A stretch of DNA of 64,000 bases, taken from assembly GCF_026571515.1 (NCBI RefSeq), contig NW_026863975.1, positions 1 to 64,000 of the forward strand, read 5' to 3'. The notes under the pieces are model-generated. The model saw only the letters and a program-made list of their open reading frames with translations, was not told the origin of the DNA and made no database searches. Of this stretch, positions 49,615 to 63,100 are shown in pieces; positions within the stretch are counted from its first letter, which is position 1; each line of letters starts with the position of its first letter. The stretch comes from Ruditapes philippinarum. Its lineage: Eukaryota. The position numbers were made by a program, and so were the translations under genes.

Positions 49615-52600
49615 ATTTATTTTCATATTTTATATTTGTAAAATTAACATGGTTAACATTTTATATGATTTTCTTAAATGCAACAAATTACACATGAATG
49701 AGTGCAGTTCTTTAAGAAACACTTTTGTCAGTTTAACTTACTATATTGTCATTCTAGGAAAATGATCATTTATTTTAGTATGTGAACATTTGTGCATGTG
49801 AGTGTTTATTGTTAAAGCATTTCAAAATTAAATTTTTCAAGAACGGCACAATTTATTGCTTGAATTTATTTTCATAAACAATCGATTACTAGATTGATTA
49901 ATAATCGTGTTTAACTGATTTACCAGTGTAAACGTTTTTGATTCATCAGAAATAATTCAATCATATCGGAAAAAAACTAATTTCACGCACATGTGTTCAC
50001 ATTTGATATTAAGTAAAAAAATCCACATCATTTGATTGAAATAGAAACAATATATGTATGTGCATGTAATAAGTAAACTATTACTGTAATAAGTAAATTG
50101 TTTCTACCAAAAAGTCACAATCTATACTTATACCAAACCATGAAAGACTTCTTCAAAATTATACCGTAAATTGTTTAGCTACTTTTAAATGAACATGTGC
50201 CGATTACTGTCATTTATTGCAATCAGTTGTAATGTTCGACATAGTATCACGAAAGTAAATAAAATACATATGTTACAAAGTGGCAATTTATATTCATAAG
50301 TATAATACAAGATTCTAGTTCGAAACAATACAAGGAAAAACATTAATTCGTATTATGAAATACATGGTATCTAATATACCAAATGGTCGAAAAGGAGGAA
50401 GTTAAGAATTTAATCTTTATCTCAGATAAGAAGATAACATTAGGAAATAAAATGTTCCCTTTTTAAATGATTCGTAGAAATCACATTTTTACAATTGATT
50501 GATTAAACAGATAAGCTCGATTAAATGTAATTGAATCTGCACTTTGAACCTTACTGTGTCAGAAAATGATATCAAAATATGTGGAGGATGATTGTCTGTG
50601 TAAATTTAGAGAAGAAGGAGGAGGGGGAAGAAACTTTAAAAAATATGCTTAATAATTTAAATATGAAAGAAGAACCACCGGGTTTGTGTATTTGATGAAC
50701 AATTCACAGCATGGTTTTACTTTTCAGTTTTAAAGTAATAACTATATTAAGATCTTTTTTTATTAAAACATGTCTATGGGTTTAAAATATCACACAATTT
50801 TATATGGGGAAAGACTACTCTTACTTTTGAAAATATTTAATAAAACTGGGTTACAGTTTCTTTGAGCAAAACATCAGTATCAAATGTCATAATTATGAAT
50901 ATGTGTATTTTTATGACATATACACTGTAAGTAGTGAAAGAACAAATTGTTCACTATTTATGCATGTTCACTCATGGCATTCCTTTGATTTTTTTTATAT
51001 TTTAAAACGTATTTGACGTGACCTAGCGAAAGAAAATTCTGGGTCAAGTGACCGCAGTCAATGTATCTTGCTTTATAAATCCCATCCTTTGGACTCCTTT
51101 TCGTGTTTTTTCTAAATACTTGCATTTCCATGTACAAGTATCTTAAGAACATAATATTATTGTATGTTTCCCTTACTGTGATTATTGCACTTAAATGGTT
51201 GCAGAAGTGATTAAATAATAGCCATGGCATGTTTTTTTGTGTAAAAGCGCTGCAAATCGACAAGTCAAACATAAGTTTGTGGGTTGGGGTTGCCATTGTG
51301 AGCCTAGTCAGGATTTATCTACTACTGGTGACAACTTATATTTCCTTTACCTTGGTAATATCAAAACTATTTAGATCTATAAGCATATCAGTATTGTATA
51401 TGATTGCGTATTAAAACAATATCGATTGAGTTTTATTTCGGAAACGTGACTTGCTCTGTAACTTCAGTATATGAGGTCACTGAAACTTCATTTCCATAAA
51501 AAAATATTTATCCAAGTGCAAATAGGGACATGGCAATGATCAAAGCAGACTGTTAAGGGCCCTTTAAAGATGATTTTAATGTTGTGATTAAACTTGATTC
51601 CGTGTTTAGAAGGAGCTTGCCCCTGTTCTCCTGTCTACAAGGGAGACCAATGATAATGTAGTTATAGCGATGAGACTAAAACATTATGGATGTCAATTGA
51701 ATATGACAGACATTTTACAAAGTAAAGATTAGGAAAGGTTTAGTCCAAGCTTTAAATCATCATATTGAAGCTATAAAGTGGAAACGTCAATTTAAATCAA
51801 TGGATATGTCAGCAGAGGTCATAACAATTCAAGATGAAAATGACAGAGTGGCTTAATCAGATGAACATAACAAGTTAGTTTATATTATATATTAATCGAC
51901 ATTTGAAATTTAAACTGTAACGAAAGCGACAATAAGAGAATTGATGTGACTTCAAACGAATAAAACAAACAAAATCAACCAAACCGCAATAGAGAGTAAA
52001 AGTAGTTCAAAAATATAAACAAAATAGGTAAACTAAAAATATGAAAATGATGATAGCCCTTTACAGCACCGAAAGCAAAATCAAAAAGGTATAATAAAAT
52101 GCAGACTCATCTTGGGTCTCTACATGAGAGATAAATTAAACAATGAGGAACAAAAATGCTTATCACGGGTCATAACCTAACATTATTTGATATCTTGATA
52201 ACATTTTCCGATGTATCACGACTTAAAAGATCAGAAGCTTTCGCGTAGGAATCACATCTGGATAATCTGTTTGAGGATTAATCGTCTGAAAATAAAATTA
52301 TTCCACAAAATCACGTGAAGATCAATATATCGTTTAATCCATTTTACCTGAAGCCCTGGCGTCAGTCATTCAAAGTAAGCTTTAACTTCCTGTTTTGAAA
52401 GTTTGATCAATGCTGTCAACACGATAATGACTTTGGTGTCTAGAAATATTTCAAACAATTTTTTTTTACATTCTCTCAAATTATAGAATATAGTTGTCTA
52501 TCATGATCGCCACAGAGCTAGGCTGCAGTACCATTTGCAATTTCAAAAAAAAACATATTGCGTTTACCAAATATCTACCAAAAAAGAAAGCAAAATATTA

Positions 52601-53239
52601 TACATTATTGCATAGGCAATGTATGTGAAAATTAACAATGATAAAATTGTAACTATTGTGGAGAAACCCTTTTTTAACTTTTGTTATTAACATTTTTCCT
52701 ATATTGTTAAATTTATACTTTACTTTTTTTTCTTTCGTAAAACAACAACTATATTTTTCGTGTATTTTAATTATAATTCTCATTTTCACCTTTTTTGTTA
52801 GAATTGGTGTCACTACAATACGTTGAATCATACCTACACTTTGTTATGTTGATGATTTTTATTTTACAAGTAATAGTCTTTAGTTAACCCATGTAAAACG
52901 AATTTACTCTTCGGTGTTTAATTTTTATGAACGGAGATCGCGACAATATGAATAACATTTAACTAAAGCAGAATTTGGCAACCAACATTTTTCTTAAATT
53001 TAAAGAGGATCTTCTGCACTCTCGCGAACTTTGAGTAATATGAAAGCTAGGTCAGACTATTATCTCTCTAGATTTCAGTGACAGTCGGAGGTTATATCGA
53101 TCGCAGCAGGCAAAATATATCCCGTATTGCACAACCGCAAGCGGCATTCATGTATTACTAAATCTCTTCATCGACCACCACCCATATATCTGCCGATTTC
53201 GTCTCATATAGCATACATTTTTGCTTTTCCCGTATTTGC

Positions 53240-53395
53240 CAATTGTCTGTTTTTGTGTTGTTGTTTTTTATGGGAGAGGGGGATTTCTTTTTGTTGTTGT
53301 TTTGATGTTGTTGATTTCCTATCTTTTTTTGCTTTTGTTGTTGCTTTTTGTTGTTGTTTTTGTTGTTGTTGTCGTTTTTTTGCTGTTGTTATTTC
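53240..53395. repeat. (GTT/TGT)n-rich low-complexity tract
   Basis: Directly visible. It explains the Cys/Phe/Val-rich spurious ORF. Confidence 0.8.
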
Positions 53396-53707
53396 CTTAA
53401 ATGGCGCGGTTGTTAGATTAATTTATGATGATAATATCATATACAATTTGGTAATCGATAGACTGAGGTGGTCAGACCAATTTAACTTTAAACCATAACT
53501 TATAGTTTATCAAAATGTGCAAGATCGGAATTTCTTGAACTAATTAAAACCAGGTTCGAATATGAAAAACATTTAGATAATGAAAAAAGAAAAAAATAAC
53601 ACATTTGGTTGATTATTTATTTTCATATACATTGTATCGTTCAGATTGCCACGTAATCAATCTGAATGTGCAACACACCTCCTTATTTATTTAGAGCTGT
53701 GATTTTA

Positions 53708-56188
53708 CACGCCTACTAAACGGTGGCTCTTTCACATTTTGGTGATCTGTTTAAATGAGAGCCATCGACACTTCCGTTGCAGAGCCCTCGATGAAAACAA
53801 GGCTGAAAAAGGTAAGAAATTTTAGTAAAAATATCAATTTAAAAAGATTATGCTTGTTTTTCAAAAATCAAAGAATGTCATTCCACGTAGAACATTTTTC
53901 TCATCATGTTGGGTGCAGTTTCGATAAGAAATGCCCTGAAATGACGTTGCTAGAACTTTTATCAAATATAACATCGTAGGTTTTCCTTTACGAGGAAACA
54001 CATTTTGAGTGATTTCTCTACCGTAAAGTAGATGCTAGCCCATTTAATCGTGCATATAGCATTGTCCCAACCTCCTCTTTGGACTGACACAAAAAATAAC
54101 TTACATACCTTAGTTGAAAACCAAATAATCACATTTTTATTATTGTGATCGAGCCATCGACAAGGTGCTGGCGCCATCGGCAATGTGAATGAGCCCTCGA
54201 AAATGTGATGGAGCCAACACTATCATTCATTTTGTGATAATATGATGGAGTGTAATTGTTATTATACGTAACTGATTAACATATACAATTTCATATGCAT
54301 CGTATCACCGGGATGACATATTGAAATAAAATACGCGATTTGATTATTGGAATTCATTAAAATTGAAGTAAAACCTCTTTGTATAAAAAATAAACAGACT
54401 AGGCATACAAAAAATAGTTTTTTTTACTTTTAGTCGTAAAGTTTCAGTTTTTAATTTATTTAAATTTCAGTTGAAATCTCGACATGAGTAAGGGGATACA
54501 AAAACGATTTTTAATGTGATGTGCGTGGAAAGACGTACGTCAATAAGGCCAGGGTTAAATTTGATAAAAAACTATCATGAGCACCCTTTACCTCATATAT
54601 ACGCGAAACAACGCACTTTCGACCCCCCCCCCTCTTTTAGGCCTCAAATAGTGAAAAATGTCCTATATTGGGCCCCATACAATTGTTTTCATTTGAGAAA
54701 TGTTGCTAAAAAAGTGAGCACTTTTTCGGCGCCCCCCATCCAAAAGATACATCAGGGGGTTGCAAGAAGTGGGATGTGCCCCCTTCAGTTTTGGGGGTTT
54801 GAAGGGGGCGGTAGTCCCCCTCATCGCCAAGAAATTTTGGACTTGTGAGAGGCTAAAATGACCCCAGGTTGATCATAAGGTAACGTGTAACCAACGCTGA
54901 AAAGCCTTTGACTCTATCTCAATACCTTAAGAAGTTGCAGCACTTCGAAATAAATTTTGATGGAAAAAATCAAGGCAAAATAGTGATTTTTGGCAATTTT
55001 GAGATGTCCCCTCGTTGCCATGGTAACAGGAAATTTAAGACTGAGCATGTCGTTACAAAGGCAATGGTCCAGTCAACATTTGTGCCAAGTTTGATAAGTA
55101 TGTAAGCATTTTTCATAGTTTCATAACAGTTTGAACTTGTAACAGGATGCTTTTCAATGAAAACTGCCTTTCACAATATGCTCACGAGGGAAAGGGTTTA
55201 AAGGCACGTTGAACGTGTACATACACGGAAAAGGTCACTTGTGTGCACGATTGAAGAATGCAGTAGTCCATTCTGCACAAAGAAATACAGGATGGACCAC
55301 ATACGGCAAACATGCCTCTAGACTACAGACTGCTTCGTACAATACTTGCATGTTTGGTTCTTCTTTATATTTTTTCCGCATCTTTGGAGGTGTCGTTTAA
55401 AGTTGTGTTCATAAGCAAAATTTTCTCACAATCCCCACTATTCAGCTTATTGACACCGTGTTTTTTTCCGTATGTGGTTCGTTCTGTCTTTCTTTGTGCA
55501 GAATGGAATATTGCATTCTTCAATCGTGCACACAATGACCTTTATTACTTCAATTTTAATGAATTCCAATAATCAAATCGCGTATTTTATTTCAATATGT
55601 CGATGCATATGAAATTGTATATGTTGATCGGATAGGTATAATAACGGTAACACTCCATCACAAAATGAATGATAGTGTTGGCTCCATCACATTTTCGAGG
55701 GCTCATTCACATTGCCGATGGCGCCAGCACCTTGTCGATGGCTCGATCACAATAATAAAAATGTGATTATTTGGTTTTCAACTAAGTTCTGTAAGTTATT
55801 TTTTTGTGTTGGTCTAAAGAGGAGGTTGGGACAATGCTATATGCACGATTAAATGGGCCAGCATCTACTTTACGGTAGGGAAACGACTCAAAATGTGTTT
55901 CCTCGTAAAGGAAAACCCACGATGTTGTATTTGGTAAAAGTTCTAGCAACGTCATTTCAGGGTATTTCTTATCGAAACTGCACCCAACATGATTAGAAAA
56001 ATGTTCTACGTGGCATGACATTCTTCGATTTTTGAAAAACAAGCATGATCTTTTAAAATTGATATTTTTACTAAAATTTCTTACCTTTTTCAGCCTTGTT
56101 TTCATCGGGGGCTCTGCAACGGAAGTGTAGATGGCTCTCATTTAAACAGATCACCAAAATAAGAAAGAGCCACCGTTTAGTAGGCGTG
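53708..56188. mobile_element. 2.48-kb non-autonomous foldback DNA transposon, ~650-670-bp TIRs, CAC...GTG termini, 5-bp TSD TTTTA
   Basis: 53708-54382 is the near reverse complement of 55545-56188 (hence the mirror ORFs 53755+ and 56141-). tttta at 53703-53707 and 56189-56193. Confidence 0.88.
55230..55543. mobile_element. Nested ~310-bp inverted-repeat unit (~85-bp arms) inside the foldback element
   Basis: aaaggtcacttgtgtgcacgattgaagaatgca...ccacatacgg and ccgtatgtgg...tgcattcttcaatcgtgcacacaatgaccttt. Confidence 0.75.
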
Positions 56189-56724
56189 TTTTAATGCTAT
56201 AGTTTATCCCACAAGTAAGAATAAATAGAAAACCTTATTTGTACACATGCCATTACTAATATTCCTATAGTGGACAAACTCTGTAATTTATTACACTATC
56301 GTTGCTCAGCGGTTATCTACCTTTACGCCTTTGATATGGTATAAACTATACATTGCATATACTGATATGTGAATAAACATTATCAATTGCACTTTGGCAG
56401 TCAATAAAAGCTGTTAAGAATCGTTTCAATTTTTTACTGGACTCTAGTGTTAAACTTCATTCGGTTATGCTGATTTAGTTAACTTATTTGTTAAGCTGAA
56501 TTATATATTGATGAGGAATATCGGCGTTTATGGTAGTAGTGTTTATCTGTAGTTATGAGGATGTGAAGTGCAAAACTGTTGCACCAGACAGCTTAAGGTA
56601 AGCTTTATAGAAAAATTAACTAAATTTGCTTTGCATGTTTTATGCATAATATAACAGACAGCTTTTGTAAAATGACATATCGTTACTTAATTTAAGCCCG
56701 ATTGCGAAACAGGTTATTGCAACT

Positions 56725-56842
56725 TATATATCACTTTCGAGTCCAACCAGTACTGGAGTCTTATGAATAAACATGGTCGTGACCCGATAATGGTTCGAGC
56801 CCATGATACCTGGGTTAAGAGGCAGACACCTGGGCCTACTAA
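56725..56842 (-). mobile_element. Degenerate tRNA-derived SINE fragment
   Basis: The minus strand has a B-box-like ggctcgaacc, then gtcacgaccatg and ccagtactggttgg, the last shared with the 35548 SINE. Confidence 0.5.
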
Positions 56843-58129
56843 AGGACAAAGAATATTGTCTGCATATTTTGATCATTAATTGGTATTTTCTGCGGGCTAT
56901 TGATTTCGCAGCAATTTTACTCATTAGAACAATTTTAAGTACTGTATATGATGGCAGTAAGCATAAACGTCTGCAGTTCTGATAATCTTGATAGAAATTT
57001 AAAGTACATGCATGTTTGTTATAATTTATTTTGTGTGTAAACTAGGAGTAAAATTGATAACACCAGATAATCTAGTTAAAACCTGAATACAAACAAAAGT
57101 GCATTATAGAGATATGCAACTTTATCTCTTATTTGCACACGATTTCATATCGTATTTACATGCAAAATTTCAGAAAACACTTGATAACACTTGGTTACTC
57201 ATGCGATAATATTACAGGATTTCCGTCATTGAAGTGCATGTAATAATAAACTAAAGCAATACAGATAAATGATGGTCATAATACCATATCTCATTATTTT
57301 ATTTGTAAAATGTTAGTCAGACATTGATTAAAGATACAATTGAAAATCACTGTATGGTCTTTTTCATAACTTTCATAACTTATGACACCATTTTCAGCCG
57401 GAACAGATTGTCTTTTAAGTCCGCGACTTCATCCTGTCGGAAGCTGGAGTTATTAACAAAACGGCTTCTGTACGATCTTTCCTGAATTGAATAAGACTGT
57501 AGTTCAGTTATAAATCAGAAACTCAAATATTATTGAAAATAAATTGTAATTTAAAACAAATGCCATCGCCTAGCGGGGAGCACGAAGAATATCATAGTAA
57601 AGAGTACTCATATAAAATATATTTTCCTTATAAAAGTTGGATTAAAATTTCATTTTTGACCTAAACTCTTTTCAAATGTATTGAACTTAATTTATGTTTT
57701 TGTGTTCGTGTGTCTGACACCATAGTTTATCAGCATAAAATATGGAAAGGCGCGAGGGAAAGGCGGCGATAATTTTTTATCTCTATGTAATTTTGTAGTA
57801 CAATAAAGTGACATTACTCTTTGATTCAGTTCATTTTTGTATAGTTGAGAGATTAATGCATAATAAACCGGGTTATGATTTTTTGTAAAATAAATTCTGT
57901 ACGACTTTTAAAGATGAAATTCACACTCTTATCTTTAAATAAACTTTAAAAAGATGATAATTTGTATATGCAATTTTTAAGGCATCATGCCCCTCCGCGT
58001 GTCCACAGCGTGAGTAAGGTGTGACTTAATAGAAAAGAGATATAACAGAAAAAAATCTGTAATTTGTTGTAAAGTTGGAGGTTTCGGGATGTTGTCACGG
58101 CCACCAAAGCATTACTTAAGATATATCAT

Positions 58130-59360
58130 GGCTTATTATGCGTTCAGGGGCTACGAAGTTTAAGTTCGTGGTTGTCTACGCTTCATTGCCACCACTACCC
58201 ACGTTATCAACCCAGTATTGTTCGAAAACGCCATAGACATACTATGAACTACAGCGTCCCGGTTTGTTCCTTTCCATTCAGCTTATGCAGTTTGTACTGC
58301 GTTTGTATGGCCTATAACGACCTTACGGTGGTTTTATGCGGCCGAATGGGGTTCAATAAGTAAAGTACATGTAATGGAGTTTTACGACTATGACGATCAT
58401 GCGGCGTCCTAACGGCGACAATACAACGTAACTATGTGAATTGAGTATAAAAGGGCACTAATTCCGCAGTCTTACCCAGAATCTTATTCGCCTGTTTTTT
58501 TCCTTTTTTTTTGCAAGGAACAGCAACATGAATTAGTCATTTTAGTTGGATACCGGCATCTTACGTTTGTTGTGCTATCAGAAGCTTATCCATACTTTTA
58601 AATAAAAAATAATTGAAAATCAGTTTGCAAAACAGAAGTTTCACGTGCAGAATAAACGCCAATATTGTAACACCCAAAACCGGTGGTGTCATTATGTACG
58701 TAAAAAGAGCACTGAAACGACGTCCTGGAAACGTCATAGGCGAATTAAGAACTTTCTGGTCGCACTGCAAACATGCTAGTGTCGCCATAGAGTCACCAAT
58801 AGAATTTTTAACAGTTTATGTGTTTTAAAACGGTGAATATGCGGCATCTAATGTACGTTACTAGTACGTGCTGGGATTTTCTATCGTGAGTACGGCGTCC
58901 CTAGTCCAGGACGCACTGAGACTGCCGATGATGTTTGTGCATGTTCAAAATAGTCGCAATTGCTTTACATCTTGAGCCAATAGTTGTACCCTTACAGCAA
59001 CTATATTCGTTCTCAACTCGAATTCGACATAAGGCATTCATGGGGTTTCCACTGCATCCTATGACTAAGTGACATCTCGAAGAACACCGTCCCATTTCAA
59101 GCGCCAGAATGCGTTCTCATTTCGATTTATGTGCGCTTTTTTGGCGTCCGTAGCGCTTCCGTTGTTATATTCATGCAAAGCCCAATGACATGACCAAAAC
59201 AAACGCCTTCCGTTGTGTGTGTTTTATGCTATCCTGCCACGTCTCTGCGTTGCTGCGACGACGCATGCGATCGTCCTGTGCGTTGCGCTCAGGTTGGCGT
59301 TCTGCTTTTTTTTTATCTTGAGTTGAGTAAGAAAATCGCCGTTGTATGAAAGTGAATTTA
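58130..59360. mobile_element. CpG-rich degenerate interspersed repeat abutting the inverted NLR duplication breakpoint
   Basis: Marked rise in GC/CpG with recurring cgttc/ggcgtcc/gcgtt motifs. No credible ORF, and termini are not resolved. Confidence 0.35.
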
Positions 59361-60155
59361 GTTACAAATGACAAAAAAACGTTCTAAAGACCTTGCCTTA
59401 CGACGTGAGAGAAAATGTTGCTTGACAGCTATTTATTATGCTACCAATCTCATATCGTCAACCATCAGCTTTGAATTTAATTTTCAGCTTCCTCGCGAGA
59501 CATCATGTCTCTAAGGTAAACATATAATTGCCAAGTGCTCCCAGAATCAGTCAAAAACAGGAACAACGACATATTAAACCACAGTTTTGACATTTCACCT
59601 CTAGCTCTGTCGCAAACATTTGAGCTACTAACCAGAAACTCACGCAACACATGTTGTGCTATAATGGACCGGACATATTTATAAATAAAACGTGTCAAAT
59701 GTAAAAGGGTAAATTAGGTTGTTTTGCACGATTTATTCATTAAACGTTATACTTAGTTCCACTTTGAAATGTTTCATTTATTTTTCAGAAATAAAACAAT
59801 CATAACAACGAGATCATGACACAGACACAGACGAAAGATTTTGCATGCAGGGTAATATATTTTTAATAAAATCATTTCATTTCACATTAAAATTCAGAGA
59901 GTAATGAAGACCATACTAAGTATTTGTTTAATATGCCTAAGCTTTCACATGTGACGGTTGCTTTTTCTTTATTGTATTTTACTCTGATTCTACTTGATAA
60001 TAAGGGATCTACCTTTTTTTCATCTACTAGATACTTTCTAATTATGTAAGAAAAATAATAATAGTCAAATATCTAATAAAGCATACCTTTTTGCCAGACA
60101 ATATTTAGGTCACGTGAGATAAGTGAGTCTTGAAACAAGAACATTACTTCCACAA

Positions 60156-63100
60156 ATGATGGATTCGTTGTTAAAGGAAGGCGGCTTTTGGAACTGGCTA
60201 AAAAGTCACCTGGCAATGGTTTTGACAAAACAAGGAATAGAGTCGACTTTGGAAGACGATTTAAATAACTTTATCCAAACAGTCCTTACAGAACACAAGA
60301 TAAATAAAAGTTCCATTTGCAGTTCATGTACGACTGAACTTATTTTGAGCTGTCCAACGAAAAACTTTTGTGTCAAGGGACGTCAAAATAGATGTGTTTC
60401 CCATTGTTCAACGATTCAAGGAGAGGTACCTGGAAGAAATTGTGCAAAGGACATATGCCATCATATCCGAGACAAAATACGAAAACAGCACAGGCAGATA
60501 CCTAATTGGAAAAGTACAGACGCAACAAGATGGTGTACCGACTTAGTCGAAATAGCGAAATGTTTTGTGCCTCCTACAGACCGTTACAGAAATGCCAAGA
60601 GCCTTAAAGATGTGGATTTTAATGGGTTTCTTTCCATACTTATATGTAAAAAAAGCTTTGGACGCACAATGCCAAATTTGCTCAGTGAAAAAGTAAATAA
60701 GGTCACAAAGGTAATTTTTACATTGTTTTTTTTCAAGAGTTTCTTAACCGTTCATATGAAAGCGATGGCTATAACATTTAGTGATTTATCTGGTGAATAC
60801 AGGTATATTGCACCCAAAACCCATTCAGTATATAACAATCGGTTTTTGACATAAAACATAACATTTAACATAACTTCCAATTAATGAAATTACAAAGTGT
60901 CAATGTGTTGAAATTTTATTAACATTACTATAATAATTGTGTTTTATTTTAGGTCCGTGATATGGGCAATGATATAAGACATTCTGGAGATTTGATTGTT
61001 TCACGAACAAATCTAGAAACTTATATTGACAGTTTGATAAGTCTTCTTTCCGATGCTGAATGTTTGGCTCATAACGAAGCAGCACAAGAAGCAGTGAAAC
61101 AGCTTTACTTGGTTGGTGAATTGCATGACGTTAAATTAAACATTGTATAAACATTGATCATATCTTAAATGGCGCGTATTTGAAATTCTGCACGTTTGTA
61201 ACGTCGATTTTCATTTGACAATGAGGGCAATAAACAGCTGCTGCAAATTCATATTTTATCTTTTTGTTATCAAAGAAGCCTAGTAGGTTTGGTTTTAAAA
61301 TCTGATAACAGTTTACACATACAAAGGCCAATCTATTAAAAGCTTAATCAACAGAGTTATGTATTGAAAGTTTACATAAAATAGGGCTTACATAATGATT
61401 CTATTTTCATTTTTCAGCTGAAGAAGAATGAAGTAACCGTCCCCGTTGAACATTTAAATGAAGCGTTAGAGAATGCCGGTGAAGAAATAGACCAACACTT
61501 AAATAAGAAAGACGCAGAATCGACCACTGGAAATGAAACAAAAAGGCAGAATAAAGAAGATGCGATGCAAATACCACGTAAGGTGATAAACGATATAAAA
61601 ACGGAGGTAGCCAACAAAGAAACTCTGCCACTTACACAATTAGATACCATAGTCACAATAAAGTTGCAAGCTCTTAAAGAAATGAAGGAAGAAATTAAAG
61701 GTGAAGTGGTCGATGAAATTCTCCGAAAGGGAAATGGTAAGCGATGTTGATTTTTGTAAAATTGTCGATATATAATGTTAGTTTGACCGTCTTAATACAT
61801 GCCTATGTATATGAATTATTAAGTTAAGTGTATTAATATGCTAACTAATAAATCCAGAGTTTTATGTTTGTTGTTAAACCAATTTAAGTCATATCTCGTC
61901 ATCTGGTCAGTCTGCCCGGCTTTTCTGTAAAATAACCAGTATTTGATGTATTTTGCGCATGTGAACGACCTATAGTTAATCCAATATGATTTATAGGTCA
62001 GCGGTGTGAGACAATATTAATTAGACTTAATGTCTCAGATCAGTTGTCGTAGAGAAAGTTTGTTTAGCTCGATGTTTGAGCATGCGAACCCTGGATTACA
62101 AATCCAATTTGTTTTCGTTACAAGTAATTTATGATAAAATAAAGAAGAACGAAACTATTTAACAGTTCTTCTTGTTTCGCATTTACAGCAAATGATTTTC
62201 CTCAGCATGCCTATCGTTTTGATATCCTTTCCTGTTTGAAATACAAACACCTTTGTAAAAGTAAGTGCTGTTAACTTTTGTTCATAAATTTTCAAAATGG
62301 TTTTAATGTGTTCCTTAAGACGCATATTTCTTTTGTTCTGAAGGATAATAACCATTATTTATTTGCAAATTCACAAAAACATAGTTTATAAACTTTATTA
62401 TAAAGTATAACCCGACGTCTTGTCTTCAAGATTGCTGTAAACAATAAGCTTAGAACCACTAGATAAATTTAATGTTTCTCTTTAACCACTAGATAAATTT
62501 TATGTTTCTCTTCTAAGTTAAAATAATACCGATTAAAGGCTAAATTGTTCTTACTATATGTAAATCTAAAATATCTATTTGACGAATGATCTAAGTTTAT
62601 TGTGCTTTTGTTTAAATAACCATGCTTAAGTTACTCTAGTTTAGAATTTGTTTCAGCGTATAAAAATATGTCCAAAATTTCAGGGTTACGCCATGATTTG
62701 GTAACTTTTTACAGACGTTCCCAAGGAACATTACCTATCTCTCCGTTGATAATAGAAAATGATGTTCCGCTTGAAGAGGTTTACGTGCAGCCAACAATCA
62801 GATCAATAGAAATAACAAATGCATTCCTAGATGCAAATAATGCTACATCTAAACATGAAACAACCGTATACAGAAGTTTATGTCATTGCAAAGGCGGGCG
62901 TCGGAAAGACCTCATTTGTAAAAAAGGTTTGCTTGACATGGTGCCAGGCACATTTGTCGGTTATTAAGTCAGCAATGTTTTATCAAACGGAAGATCTTAC
63001 AACTTTGAAGATGTTTGATTTATTGTTTTTTATATCTTTAAAAGAAACAGATACACATGAGTGCCATATAAATAAAATGATATACCACATGTTGCAAAAA

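Larger units (their letters stand above)
42255..50350 (+). repeat. Direct segmental duplication, copy B
   Basis: Colinear with 31255-41229 but lacks 31620-31975 and 33634-35157. Confidence 0.93.

Noticed and set aside
50958-51860. Coding-like stretches (112-aa minus ORF; plus-strand IRKGLVQALNHHIEAIKWKRQF...)
   Set aside because: No recognisable family or consistent splice model by eye. A tBLASTx search would be needed.
53755-56141. Paralogous small proteins MRAIDTSV.../MRAIYTSV...
   Set aside because: These are mirror translations of the two TIR arms, with different stops and no recognisable domain.
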